The notes under the pieces are model-generated. The model was not told the origin of the DNA, did not search any database, and saw only the letters and a program-made list of their open reading frames with translations. DNA of 64,000 bases from Octopus sinensis (Eukaryota): positions 34,348,001-34,412,000 of the forward strand of contig NC_043003.1 in NCBI RefSeq assembly GCF_006345805.1, in the 5' to 3' direction. This document shows, in pieces, positions 26,996-40,536 of the stretch. The first letter of the stretch is position 1. Each line of letters begins with the position of its first letter. The position numbers were made by a program, and so were the translations under genes.

Positions 26996-27195
26996 ACATG
27001 AAAACACAAACAGAAAACACAACAACGCGAGGACGTGGAACAAATATAGTATTATTGGACGCTCAGGAAGGAAGGGAAGGAGGGTTTTACGTTTCGAGCG
27101 GAGCTCTTCGTCAGAAACATAGGAAAAAGAAAGATCCAGAGAAGGGAAGACGGAAGAAAAAAGAAATCGCCAACGGTACACACGCGACCACATTT
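26996..27195 (-). mobile_element. TA-embedded ~200-bp Penelope-pLTR-like element
   Basis: Bounded by (TA)n on both sides and contains the minimal hammerhead at 27118-27084. A short related 3' fragment lies at about 25445-25497. Confidence 0.65.
27084..27118 (-). ncRNA. Minimal type I hammerhead ribozyme motif
   Basis: GTTT-CTGACGA-A-GAGC-tcc-GCTC-GAA-ACGT-A-AAAC. Stem I GTTT/AAAC, stem II GAGC/GCTC, palindromic loopless stem III ACGT, GUA triplet. Confidence 0.7.
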
Positions 27196-27594
27196 TATAT
27201 ATATATATAGAGAGAGAGAGGGGGGAGAGAGAGGGGGGGGAAAAGCGAGATCCATGAGTTCTATTTTCTTAGACGGCTGAAAGTGATTTGGGATATAGCA
27301 GCTATTTCTAGTAGATCAAGTGACAATGTACAGCAAGTATAGATATCCTTTTTTCATGAAGCGAGTCGCATGAGACATGACTCAACGCTAGGCGGGATGC
27401 ACTAATAAGAAATTTGAGATGGTTTTCCCTTACGCGAGCAATTCTGAAAATCCTTAAAGACGCAGATTGCCCTTGGTTGATGTACAGGCTCCGTCTGTGG
27501 TCAAGTTATTTGGTGACATTAATGATATGCGGTCTCCAGAAATCATAGACACAGTATTTAAAACTATGTGGTGACCATATCCACTCCAATAAAT

Positions 27595-28305
27595 ACTTAT
27601 TTCAAATTTTGGCACAAGGCCAGCAAGTTCGGGTAAGGGGATAAATCGACTACAGCGATCCCAGTGTTCAACTGGTTCTTATTTTGTCAACCCCGAAGGC
27701 AAAGTCGATCACATTGGCTTTTGAACTCAGAACGTAAAGACGAGCGAAATGTTGCTTAGCATTTCGCCGACGTCCTAACGTTTCTGCATCCTCACCGCCC
27801 TAAACACTCCAATAAATATTCTTTTTTACTCTAGGCTCAAGGCCCGAATTTTTGGGGAGGGGGCTAGTCGATTAGATCGACCCCAGTACGCAACTGGTAC
27901 TTAATCTATCGACCCCGAAAGGATGAGAGGCAAAGTCGACCTCGGCGGAGTTTGAACTCAGAATGTAAAGACGAAGAAATACCTATTTCTTTACTACCCA
28001 CAAAGGACTACACACAGAGAGAACAAACAAGGACAGACAAACGGATTAAGTCGATTTTATCGACCCCAGTGCGTAACTGGTACTTATTTAATCGACCCCG
28101 AAAGGATGAAAGGCAAAGTCGACCTCGGCGGAATTTGAACTCAGAACGTAGCGGCAGACGAAATACCTATTTCTTTACTACCCACAAGGGGCTACACACA
28201 GAGGGGACGAACAAGGACAGACAAACAGATTAAGTCGATTATATCGACCCCTGTGCGTAACTGGTACTTATTTAATCGACCCCGAAAGGATGAAAGGCAT
28301 ATACA
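27595..28305 (-). mobile_element. Chain of family A SINEs including tail-to-internal tandem units
   Basis: Four Deu/Nin-like cores; the junction gacgaa(g)aaatacctatttctttactacccac occurs at about 27970-28000 and 28158-28185. Confidence 0.85.
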
Positions 28306-28927
28306 CAAGAATGCACATACACGACGACACAACCGCATGCGCAGATCCTCACATTGAATCAAGAATATTTTACTTCTAAAACCAGTCATAGCTATCACTA
28401 CATATATTCATAAACCATATACACATACAATTGCAAGTATAAGTGTTTAATTAACAGAAGGACAAGCTGTTACGCTATATAGAGATGCAAGGAAAACTTA
28501 CGAGTATGTGTTTTAGTAAATACACGATGTTAATTCTCCTGTGTAAACTATACATTGTGGTTGAACCACTTGTTTCTATTTCGCTAGGATCAAAAGAAGC
28601 AGTTCAACCTGATTTGTTTCAACAATTTTTCCCACCTCAAATATCAGTTACTTGACCACAGACAGAATGCTAAAATATAGCTATTTATAGTATTCACAAA
28701 TTCAGATAGAACTATCTTGACCTGCCGTAATTTGTATGACGATGTGGTTGAACCACTCCATGTACTTTTCACAGGGGAAATAACACGTGTTCAGTAAAAT
28801 CGCAAATCCGTAAATGCTCCTTAGATCTTTTTCTTTCTTTCTATTTCCTTGTATGCGTGCATATGTAGAAATATATTAAATTAATAAATGTGTGTTTGAT
28901 ATATATATATATATATAATATATTCAA

Positions 28928-29200
28928 GACCAGGCTATCAGATGTTGCTACACATTGCTGGTTACAATGCGCTTCGCATTGGTTTAGCCTTCAAATGACA
29001 CCACTCCGCTGGCTAAGTGAGCAGGCCAACAGAAGAAAGTGTAAGAGAAAGTTGTGGCGAAAGAGTACAGCAGGGATCGCCACCATCTCCTGCTGGAGCC
29101 TCGTGAAGCTTTAGGTGTTTTTGCTCAATAAACACTCATACCGCCCGGTCTGAGAAACCGCGAGTCCGCTGCCCTAACCTCTGGGTCATTGTGCCTTCAC
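28928..29200 (-). mobile_element. SINE family C, tail type 2
   Basis: Reverse copy of the family C head and body, with a different 3' segment. Confidence 0.8.
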
Positions 29201-29519
29201 TGGGACATTGTGCCTTTAAATAAATATATATATATATTTAAAAAGATAATTGTGATCTAGTTTCATTCATTGTTTATGGTGGGTTTTAAAGTTTCGTCTT
29301 GAATGTTGAAACTGTAAATTTTCAAGAACCCACCGACATTGGCAGACCGTCGCACCTTGCTGAGTCTAGTGGTTATTTGGTGCCAGGAATTATGACAATT
29401 AGAAATGAACAATAACATTGGTCCTTTGTTCGAATGGTGCCACTGCCAAAACTTTAGTCCATTGTCTCTAGTTTTCTTTCAGCAAATCAGGCGTGATTTT
29501 TGTTTGTATCTACGTATTA

Positions 29520-29749
29520 CTCTTTACTCTTTTGCTCTTTTACTTGTTTCAATCATTTGACTGCGGCAATGCTGGAGCACCGTCTTTAGTCGAGCAAATT
29601 GACCCCGGGACTTATTCTTTGTAAGCCCAGTACTTATTTTATCGGTCTCTTTTGCCGAACCGCTATGTAACGGGGACGTAAGCACACCAGCATCGGTTGT
29701 CAAGCAATGCTAGGAGGTCAAACACAGACACACAAACACACACACACAC

Positions 29750-29816
<67 letters not shown>

Positions 29817-29984
29817 TCACGACAGGCTTCTTTCAGTTTCCGTCTACCAAATCCACTCACAAGGCATTGGTCGACCCGGGGCTATAGCAGAAGACACTTG
29901 CCCAAGATGCCACGCAGTGGGACTGAACCCGGAACCATGTGGTTGGCTAGCAAGCTACTTACCACACAGCCACTCCTGCGCCTA
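29520..29984 (-). mobile_element. SINE family B
   Basis: Full reverse copy with an expanded internal (TA)n. Confidence 0.85.
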
Positions 29985-30549
29985 TGATTGTTGATTTTGC
30001 ATTTTTTAAAATTAATATGGCTTCCATAATTAGTGTGTTACATACCATACATACATACATACATACATACATACATACATTCATTCATTCATATACAAGC
30101 ATACATACATGCATTCATACCACCCCATGTATATACATACACATACACACGCGCACACATATATACATGTACATAAATGCGAAAATTCATTCATACATAA
30201 CTGCGCACATGGAAAAGTGCACACATGTACTTGCACGTGCGCATATGTATGTGTGTGCATGTGGACGCAAATTTTTGTGTGCATAAATGTGAGTCCGTGT
30301 CATTTTTATTTTTATTAATACGGCTTCCATAATTAGTCTGTTAATTGTGTTAAGAATCTTATATATCATGAAACAATTGCAAAGTATTATATTACACGTG
30401 ACATGAAACAAATTTTTCGTTGACAACACTATAGTTAGCATAAAGACCGATATATATAAAGGTCTTTTCATGTGTTTGCGAGTGTACAAGGACCGTTGCC
30501 GAGGTTGTGTAACTTTTATTAAATGTCTCTATCCTCAGAGGTATATAAT

Positions 30550-30769
30550 AATCTTTTCAACTATAGACACAAAGCCAGATGTTTTTGGGGGTGGAGGGTA
30601 GAGTCGATTACATCGACCCCAGTTGTTTCCCTGGTGCTTATTTTATCCACCCCGAAGAGATGGAAAGGCAAAGTCGACCCCGACAGAATTTGAACTCAGA
30701 ACGCAAAGACGGACAAAATGCTGATAAACATTTTTTGCCCGACGTCTAACGATTCTGCCAGCTCACCGC

Positions 30770-30770
<1 letters not shown>
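30550..30770 (-). mobile_element. SINE family A
   Basis: Reverse Deu/Nin-like core followed by (AAT)n. Confidence 0.75.
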
Positions 30771-30820
<50 letters not shown>

Positions 30821-30848
30821 GTTGTTGCTGCTTTTGTTGTTGTTGTTG

Positions 30849-30879
<31 letters not shown>

Positions 30880-31331
30880 TGTTGTTGTTGTTGTTATGTA
30901 TGCGTGCGTATTCAGGTGGTTTAGTCATATACAGACACTAGAAAGTATTTTTGATTTTTATTTAGCACGTGCAAAATACGAGAAAAACAAATATATATCT
31001 ACCAGGGAATATAAATATCGTATAAAACTCTAAGTTACATTTCAAAACACACACACACATATGTATACATAAGAATTCAGACACATACAATCATACATAC
31101 ATACATACATACATACATACATACATACACACAAACATACTTACATGCATACGTGCGTGCACGCACGTATCCATGCATATACACATGCATACATATGAAG
31201 GCATATGAAAATATACTGCATAATAATCAGGATTGCTGACGAGAAGTGTTTGAAGAGGAGGGAATAAAGAATAATTAGGAAGCGACGAGGAAAACATAAA
31301 CGTGTAAGCGTAAGAGATAGAGAGAGTGGAT

Positions 31332-31431
<100 letters not shown>

Positions 31432-31496
31432 TAAATAAATAAAATGATAGACAAAAAGACAGACAGATAGACAGACAGGTAGATAGATAGATGGAT

Positions 31497-31578
<82 letters not shown>

Positions 31579-31617
31579 ATATGCATAGCTAGATAGATAG
31601 ATAGATATAATAGATAG

Positions 31618-31666
<49 letters not shown>

Positions 31667-31691
31667 GATACATACATACATACATATATAC

Positions 31692-31761
<70 letters not shown>

Positions 31762-31779
31762 GGATAGATATCAAGTTAG

Positions 31780-32960
31780 AGGAGAGGTGTGAGGTTGAAA
31801 GAACGAGAGAAAGAGGGCGAGCTTTTTAGTCCCAGTAGTGGTTATGCACACAAGAAGAAAACAAAGAATCAATCACACAGCGACACACAGACATTGGACA
31901 CGTGTTTCCTGCGTCGACCGAGCAGCAGCGATGGATCTCTCGTCGGTTTTCCCTTAATACTTTACATAAGAAATATGGCAGAGCTGAAAGCATCTGGGAG
32001 TTGAAAGGGGAAGCAAGTAGCAAGAAATACTTGATGAAAAAAGAGGAACGAGATGACGAGGGAGCAAATGATAATGAAAAGTGAGAGAGAGAGAGAGAGA
32101 TTAAAGGAGAGGTTGGAAAGGATGAGTGAGAGACCGTGGAAATATAATGAAAGCAAAATAAACATTTACGAAATGAGGAAATTAGATGGGGGCAGAGCGA
32201 GTAGACCGACTCCTAACGATAGGAGACCGGAGTTCTGGAAAAGCGAAACCCTTCACCTGTTCTCATCACAAGTAGCTGCTTACAATGACGTGAATACAAA
32301 CTAGGAATATAAATTGATAGCGGTACCATCGTAGCCCCCAACTGACTCTCCAGCTTTCTTATCACCCTTACACCATACTACTGCCTCCCTCACCCGGCTT
32401 TATCTAACCCTCGTTCATATCGCAAGCTTAACGAGGTGTTCTTTCTTCTTATGTACCAACCTGACCAGCAGTGAAGTGTGCCGGGAGTGAATGAGTTGCT
32501 CTGTGTACTAAAGTACCGTCCACCTCGCCCTCCTGTACTTCGCCTTCGACATTGGCGGCTTAATTGGCTTTTTTGTGTATGTATGTGCGAGGAGAGTAAG
32601 AGACGGTGATGATGAAAAAAAAAGAGATTATATGGATGTGTACGCGTGAGAGAGAGAGAGAGAAGCGAGAAAGAAAGGAAGGAGTGAGAGAGAGAGAGAG
32701 ATGTTACAAGAATATGGTTGTGTGTCTGTGTATCTGTGTTTGCGTGCTTAAGACTGTGAGCACATACAGTTACACGGTTGTACATGTAAATGCTTATCTC
32801 CAAAGGAAGTAGATCATGGAAGGGTGAAGAGAAGGGACGAGAAGGATATGTATGGAAGTTGGGAGTAGTCCGGCGAAGGAGGTTGTGGGAGTAATGCGTT
32901 GTGAACGTGCACGGAACTTTGTTTGGATGCGGGCGACCAGGGCAAAATAAAGGGACAGCT
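31780..32960. other. Unique CpG- and GA-rich block, possible promoter or 5'UTR exon of the minus-strand gene
   Basis: Higher GC and CpG than its flanks, not a SINE, with a minus-strand donor-like CCGG|GTGAGG at about 32395. No frame is phase-compatible with the 25033 exon. Confidence 0.25.
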
Positions 32961-33018
32961 AGTTCACTAATCTTGACATTGTTTTCGTGTAGAGAGAGTG
33001 TCCACCATCATCTTCACC

Positions 33019-33049
<31 letters not shown>

Positions 33050-33135
33050 CCATTGCTTCCACATCCAGCGACTCTATTGTAGTCGTTCTATTTGGTGTAC
33101 AAACTTCAGACAAAGCTCTCTTAAGTCACACCATA

Positions 33136-33452
33136 GGCGCAGGCGTGGCTGTGCGGTAAGAAGCTTGTTTCGCAACTACATGGTTCCAGGTTTAATCCCA
33201 CCGCGTGGAACCTTGGGCAAGTGTCTTCTACTATATCCTCGGGCTGACCACCACCACCACCACCACTTTACAATCGGTGTCGGTGTATTTACGTCTTCGT
33301 AATCTAATAGTTCGGCAAAAGAGACCGATAGAATAAGCACTAGGCTTACAAAGAATAAGTCGAGGGGTCGATTTCTTCGACTAAGACTTTCAAGGTGGTA
33401 CTCCAGCACGGCCGTAGTCAGATGAATGAAACAAGTAAAAGAAATAAAAGAA
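33136..33452 (+). mobile_element. SINE family B variant (internal segment replaced by (CAC)n)
   Basis: Head aggcgcaggcgtggctgtgcggtaag and tail aaacaagtaaaagaa. Confidence 0.75.
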
Positions 33453-34137
33453 CGAATACTGTCTTTCCTATGGTCACGGCTGTAATACATGTTATCGTAG
33501 GTATGCCCTACCAAGGTTAATCAACGAAAATGAACACTTCTTTATATTGGTCTGATTCGAAAATGCATACAAATACGCGTTCGCATTTGCACGCTCGCAC
33601 ATGCATACACATGCACCTACAAAGACTTAGACACAGGCTCACACATACACACACATGCACACACACACACACACACACACGCGCGCGCACGGTATATTAC
33701 AATATATTTTATTTTTAAAACCTATAATATGCATAGATTTAAGATATGTGTGTGTGTGAGTGTATGTGTGCGTGTGTGAATATATGCATACATACTCCAA
33801 AGCACATACACACACACACACACATATATATGTATATATATATGCATATACATCTGTATGTGAGTGTGTGTGCGCGTATGACTGTACCTATATGCATACA
33901 TACGACACAGATTCTTTTTTCTTTATCGGTGTCATAACACTTAATATATTTCCTTTCCCCTTCATTTGTCTATCTTATCGGTGTAACACCTACCTTCACC
34001 ATTGTCATCAAGAACAGCATTACCATAAGTATAACCGTTGTTATCGCAAGCCGGTGTTAAGTCTATGGCCAGACAGTGTATCACAAACGTATAAAGCCGC
34101 TCACCTTTCTAGTTTCTTTTTAATATTTCCCTTCTCC

Positions 34138-34355
34138 AAGGCGGCGAGATGGCAGAAACCCTAGCACGCCGGCCAAAATGCTTAACGCTTTTTCATCTGT
34201 CTCATGTTCTGGGTTTAAATTCCGCAGTGGTCAACTTTGCCTTTCATCCTTTTGGGGTAGATAAATTAAGTACCAGTTGCTTACTGGGGGTCATCTAATC
34301 GACTGGCCTCCTCCCCCTAAATTTGGGACCTTGTGCCTAGAGTAGAAAAGAATAT
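34138..34355 (+). mobile_element. SINE family A
   Basis: ggcggcgagatggcagaaacc...gtcaactttgcctttcatcctttt...gtagaaaagaat. Confidence 0.75.
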
Positions 34356-35739
34356 TTGACACTCTCCCTCTCCTCCCCCCTCTCTCTCTCTTTCCTCTCT
34401 ATCGCTCTCTCCTTCTCTATCTCTGTCTCTTCCTCTTTCTCTCTCCAATAACAGCTCATATTAACGAATAAGGCTCATTACGATTGAGTGAACTGCTGCA
34501 ATTGAAAACCAAATGTCCTTCAAACCAACTCGTTCGCTTTTCAAACTAAATAAATAAATTATTAAATATATGCAGTGGAGAAGGTAGATATGGTGACAAT
34601 ACACGGTATGTGTACAACTGGAAAAGTAATAGGAGGATCAACGCTGAAACGCTGGTGTTTATAATTCTTCTCGGTCAAGCAAACTTCCAGCTTTTCTATC
34701 TATATCTTCTTTTCACACACGGATACGAATACACATGTGCATGTTCATATTTATATATATATATGCACAAACACACACACACACACACACACACATTCAT
34801 GCATATATGGGTACAGGACGTCACAAACAGTGCAGATAACAAGAAATACGTAAACAAACGAGTTAAATAGGTAAACAACGAGAAAAAAATGGAAAACAGG
34901 ACATGTAAACACAGAAAGGACCCTTCATCAGTTGTCGGCTGTCTATTTACTCCTCATTTCGAGCAAAGTAAGTTTATGTATGTATGTATGTATGTATGTA
35001 TGTATGTATGTATGTATGTATGTATGTGTGTGTGTATGTATGTATGTATGTATGTATGTATGTATGTATGTATGTATGTATGTATGTATGTATGTATGTA
35101 TGTATTGTCCTCTGTTTATGTAGGTGTTGCCATTTTGAAATTTGAATTTTTATTGATTATGTTTTTACGCTTTCTGCAAACTGCTTACTGGACATTAAGT
35201 TGCTGACAAAGTGGAATTCATTATAGAGTATTTCGATTCCTTAGTTATTCAACTCACTTTAATTACGAAACAGATAACCTTTCGAGAAAATGACGAATTA
35301 GCAACCCCGTCGGAGCGTCGAACGAAATGCCTTTTAGTATTCATTTCTGAGTTTAAATCCCGCCTAAGACAACTTTGTCTTCTCCATGTTTCTGACATAG
35401 ATAAATAAAATACCAACCTTGAAAGGTGGATTCACAGAAACGTTCAGTAAACGTCAGACAGGGTGCTGTCTGGTACTTGTTCCGTTTTTTAGTTTCTGAG
35501 TTCGAATCCCACCCGGCCGACATGAGCAGCAGACTTACTCCGTTGTAAGCATTTGGATTAGGTTTTCGATTTGAGAATACTCTTTTTTTTTTCCAGCCAG
35601 AATCCTACCAGTTTCAAGGGCCTCGTAAAAGGACAGAATCCCTGTCCTGTTCTTCTGACTAAAAGACACCAGGAAATTCACAATGCCATCATCTCAAATA
35701 ATGGAGGTTGCCATAGCTTTGAATGTTCACATTTTTCTC

Positions 35740-35775
<36 letters not shown>

Positions 35776-36197
35776 CCCCCTCTCTCTACATTTATATTTA
35801 TATGTCTGTGAATGTGTGTGCCTGTGTGTCTGTGTGTTTATATACATATACATACTCACAAACAAACACACGTAAATGTGCATAAATGTACACATACATA
35901 CACGCATGTTTATTACATAAAATAAGTACTCAAAACGCCCTATGGTTTAAAATCTAATGTTGCATTACATAGATATACCTAACCGTTTTGCACAGCCAAA
36001 CGTGTCTCGTTAAATGTTCTCTCATCAGTAAGCTGATCGTAACATCATAAAGAAACGAAATTCAATGAAACCTTAAATTAAATATTTATAAAGGTGTATA
36101 TATTGTATCTGTTATACAGATATATAAAAGATATGCAACAGGCTTTCAACGTGGGTTTCTCTAAGTAGTCTCTCAAATTGCTAGCAATAATCGCTTG

Positions 36198-36592
36198 CTC
36201 TTCTACTCTTTAACTTGTTTCAGTCATTTGACTGCGGCCATGCTAGAGAACCGCCTTTAGTCGAACAAATCGACCCCAGAATTTATTTTTTGTAAGACTA
36301 GTACTTATTCTGTCAGTCGCTTTTGCCGAGCTGCTAAGTTATGGGGACATAAACACACCAAACATCGGTTGTCAAGCGATGGCGGGGGGACAAATACACA
36401 CTCACACACAAATATACACATATATCTATATATATATATGTATACGACAGGCTTCTTTCAGTTTCCGTCTACCTAATTCACTCACAAGGCTTTGGCCGGC
36501 CCGAGGTTTTAGTAGAAGACACTTGCCCAAGGTGTCACGCAGTGGGATTGAACCCGGCACCATGTGGTTGAGAGGCAAGCTTCTTACCATAT
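36198..36592 (-). mobile_element. SINE family B
   Basis: Reverse copy, moderately diverged. Confidence 0.8.
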
Positions 36593-36633
36593 ACCCCCTC
36601 AAAACTCACCCTAACTTTTGAAAATATACTCAC

Positions 36634-36812
36634 TATGTCTGCCCAAAAGAAAATTAAAAAGACTGGATAGTATCGGCTGAAATGACTTTAATAAAAAGTC
36701 CACTTTGTCATGGCTTGCTTTATGGAACATTTTGGCATGGCCTATTAATAGCTGGACATCGGAGTAATGTTGTGGAGCCAACAAAAGAGACTCAAAGTAG
36801 CCAATCAACCAA
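36634..36812 (-). CDS. Candidate upstream coding exon (179 nt)
   Basis: Acceptor ttaactgttatttttag| and donor |GTGAGT. One open frame, WLIGYFESLLLAPQHYSDVQLLIGHAKMFHKASHDKVDFLLKSFQPILSSLFNFLLGRH. Its phase-1 end fits the phase-1 start of the 25033 exon. No domain confidently recognised. Confidence 0.3.
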
Positions 36813-37825
36813 CTAAAAATAACAGTTAAATCTAGCCAATTCTCCATCAAATTATGAATATATATATTTTTTTTTATAAAATGGATTCACAGTTGGACAC
36901 TGTTATCCTAGTAAACACCAGAAATTACGGCTTTGAACACTGGCGGAACATTTGATCATTGATCATAAGGTTGCTCAATTAGTAAATGAATAAAAACAAC
37001 AAAAATAACATCGGTGGTCCTCTCTTACAAGAGGCGAAAGCGAAACCGTATTTCACAGAGAGAAGGGGGAAAGAGATGAGAGGAGAGGAGAGGAGTGTGT
37101 GTGTAGGGGAATAAGAGGTGGAAGAAGAGGAGGCGAAGGAAGAGAGAAAGGAGAGGAGGACGAGGTGTGGATGTATAGTGGTTTACCTACTCGGTTGACA
37201 TTTTAGGACTGTTGTCGACCAGTGACTATGACGTTGACATTTAAACATCGGTAATCCCGATATATTTAAAATTTGAAAGTCTGTATGTGGCCATACCTTT
37301 TGGTGTTGACATACGACTTCACCATAGATATTTTATACATTATAATACTGTAGCTTTTATAAATTACGTTTTGAGAATGTGATCACGTGTATAGTTGGAT
37401 TTACATAAAATTTACATAAATCAGTATGCACAAGTATGTCTTGCGCACGTACATATACAGAAAATAAAGGAGGCTTGTATGCGACCAAATCGACGTAAAA
37501 AGGAGAGTAGCGTTGAAATCTATATGTAGTATGTAGTTGTTAGTTCGGGTCATTTTCGCAGGACATTATTTCTTGAATGTTCTAGTTCAAATAAATATGA
37601 ATTGGTAGCTCTCATGCAAGGTGTAGCTCATCACTCCAGTTAGCAAGAAACAAGTATTTTATTCAACGAGTTTGCAGGGCTGAAAGCAAATTCATACGCG
37701 GCGTACACTGAGATGAACACCTCTAATTAAACATAGTGACTTTCGCGTATATGTGTGTTCTGTGTGTGCAATTGTGTGTGTGTAAGTGTGTGTAAGTGTG
37801 TGTGCAATTACTTCCATATATATAA

Positions 37826-37860
<35 letters not shown>

Positions 37861-38701
37861 CAAACGCACACGCACACACGACATATTGCGCATATATGCA
37901 ATACATACATATATATATATATATATGTGTGTGTGGTGTGTGTGTGTGTGTGTATGTATATATATATATATATATATACTATAACTAAGCAATATAGGAT
38001 GAAGTCCTTACTCTACAGCAAAGGAATTCATCAAGAAGCGTGGGCAGTATATTTAAAAAAACCGTTACGGTTGCAATATACATCATATAATTAAGGGCTA
38101 AAGAGGGTTATTCTAAAGCCAAATACACTGTTTTATCCACTTATAATCCGCTTGTTACAGGAAAATTGAAACTGAAAACGGGCAACTAACCTTTAGAAAA
38201 TTTAAATTTCGTTATCTCTATATTGAATCAATTCGGACTTAATCTTATAAAAAAAGATATATCCTTCTTCAGTAGAAATTTCGATGGGATATAAATAAAA
38301 TACTCACGTATGATCATGGAAAAAGCACAAGCTAAAAACATAACTACACTTGAGTACATCATTTATATCTAAAAATAAAAATTCTTTGGTCAGCCTCAGA
38401 AAAACAACGTCCAGACCTTTCGCCGCTACAAATTGTAATGGTTACCAGTCCTCCTGTAGCAAGCATCGAGTTTACTACTAAGCAATATAGGATGAAGTCC
38501 CTTACTCTACAGCAAAGGAATTCATCAAGAAGCGTGGGCAGTATATTTAAAAAAACCGTTACGGTTGCAATATACATCATATAATTAAGGGCTAAGAGGG
38601 TTATTCTAAAGCCAAATACACTGTTTTATCCACTTATAATCCGCTGTTACAGGAAAATTGAAACTGAAAACGGGCAACTAACCTTTAGAAAATTTAAATT
38701 T

Positions 38702-38775
38702 CGTTATCTCTATATTGAATCAATTTCGGACTTAATCTTATAAAAAGATATATTCCTTCTTCAGTAGAAATTTCG
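38702..38775 (-). ncRNA. Type I hammerhead ribozyme, left copy 2 (intact)
   Basis: Reverse complement of the fold described for 40537-40613, with intact CTGAAGA and GAAA. Confidence 0.8.
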
Positions 38776-39184
38776 ATGGGATATAATAAAATACTCACGT
38801 ATGATCATGAAAAAGCACAAGCTAAAACATAACTACACTTGAGTACATCATTTATATCTAAAATAAAAATTCTTTGGTCAGCCTCAGAAAACAACGTCCA
38901 GACCTTTCGCCGCTACAAATTGTAATGGTTACCAGTCCTCCTGTAGCAAGCATCGAGTTTACTACTAAGCAATATAGGATGAAGTCCCTACTCTACAGCA
39001 AAGGAATTCATCAAGAAGCGTGGGCAGTATATTTAAAAAACCGTTACGGTTGCAATATACATCATATATTAAGGGCTAAAGAGGGTTATTCTAAAGCCAA
39101 ATACACTGTTTATCCACTTATAATCGCTTGTTACAGGAAAATTGAAACTGAAAACGGGCAACTAACCTTTAGAAAATTTAAATT

Positions 39185-39260
39185 CGTTATCTCTATATTG
39201 AATCAATTTCGGACTTAATCTTATAAAAAAGATATATTCCTTCTTCAGTAGAAATTTCGA
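39185..39260 (-). ncRNA. Type I hammerhead ribozyme, left copy 3 (intact)
   Basis: Same fold, core intact. Confidence 0.8.
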
Positions 39261-40536
39261 TGGGATATAAATAAAATACTCACGTATGATCATGGAAAAA
39301 GCACAAGCTAAAAACATAACTACACTTGAGTACATCATTTATATCTAAAAAATAAAAATTCTTTGGTCAGCCTCAGAAAACAACGTCCAGACCTTTCGCG
39401 CCTACAAATTGTAATGGTTACCAGTCCTCCTGTAGCAAGCATCGAGTTTACTACTAAGCAATATAGGATGAAGTCCCTTACTCTACAGCAAAGGAATTCA
39501 TCAAGAAGCGTGGGCAGTATATTTTTCCATGATCATACGTGAGTATTTATTTATATCCCATCGAAATTTCTACTGAGAAGGAATATATCTTTTTTTATAA
39601 GATTAAGTCCGAAATTGATTCAATATAGAGATAACGAAATTTAATTTTCTAAAGGTTAGTTGCCCGTTTTCAGTTTCAATTTTCTGTAACAAGCGGATTA
39701 TAAGTGATAAAAACAGTGTATTTGGCTTTAGAATAACCCTCTTTAGCCCTTAATTATATGATGTATATTGCAACCGTAACGGTTTTTTAAATATACTGCC
39801 CACGCTTCTTGATGAATTCCTTTGCTGTAGGTAAGGGACTTCATCCTATATTGCTTAGTAGTAAACTCGATGCTTGCTACAGGAGGACTGGTAACCATTA
39901 CAATTTGTAGCGGCGAAAGGTCTGGACGTGTTTTCTGAGGCTGACCAAAGAATTTTTATTTTAGATATAAATGATGTACTCAAGTGTAGTTATGTTTTAG
40001 CTTGTGCTTTTTCATGATCATACGTGAGTATTTTATTTATATCCCATCGAAATTTCTACTGAAGAAGGAATAATATCTTTTTTTATAAGATTAAGTCGAA
40101 ATTGATTCAATATAGAGATAACGAAATTTAAATTTCTAAAGGTTAGTTGCCCGTTTTCAGTTTCAATTTTCCTGTAACAAGCGGATTATAGTGGATAAAA
40201 CAGTGTATTTGGCTTTAGAATAACCCTCTTTAGCCCTTAATTATATGATGTATATTGCAACCGTAACGGTTTTTTAAATATACTGCCCACGCTTCTTGAT
40301 GAATTCCTTTGCTGTAGAGTAAGGGACTTCATCCTATATTGCTTAGTAGTAAACTCGATGCTTGCTACAGGAGGACTTGGTAACATTACAATTTGTAGCG
40401 GCGAAAGGTCTGGACGTTGTTTTCTGAGGCTGACCAAAGAATTTTTATTTTAGATATAAATGATGTACTCAAGTGTAGTTATGTTTTTAGCTTGTGCTTT
40501 TTCCATGATCATACGTGAGTATTTATTTATATCCCA

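Noticed and set aside
32390-32620. Coding exon feeding the 25033 exon
   Set aside because: The only frame open to the donor ends in phase 2, not phase 1; at most a UTR exon.
35935-35975. CTGATGAGAG...GAGACACGT hammerhead-like string (minus)
   Set aside because: GAAA absent, and stems I and II do not pair.
38359-40437. Short ORFs in the 490-bp unit (MVSLRKQRP..., MMYIATVTV...)
   Set aside because: No recognisable RT, GIY-YIG or other domain; frames vary with indels.
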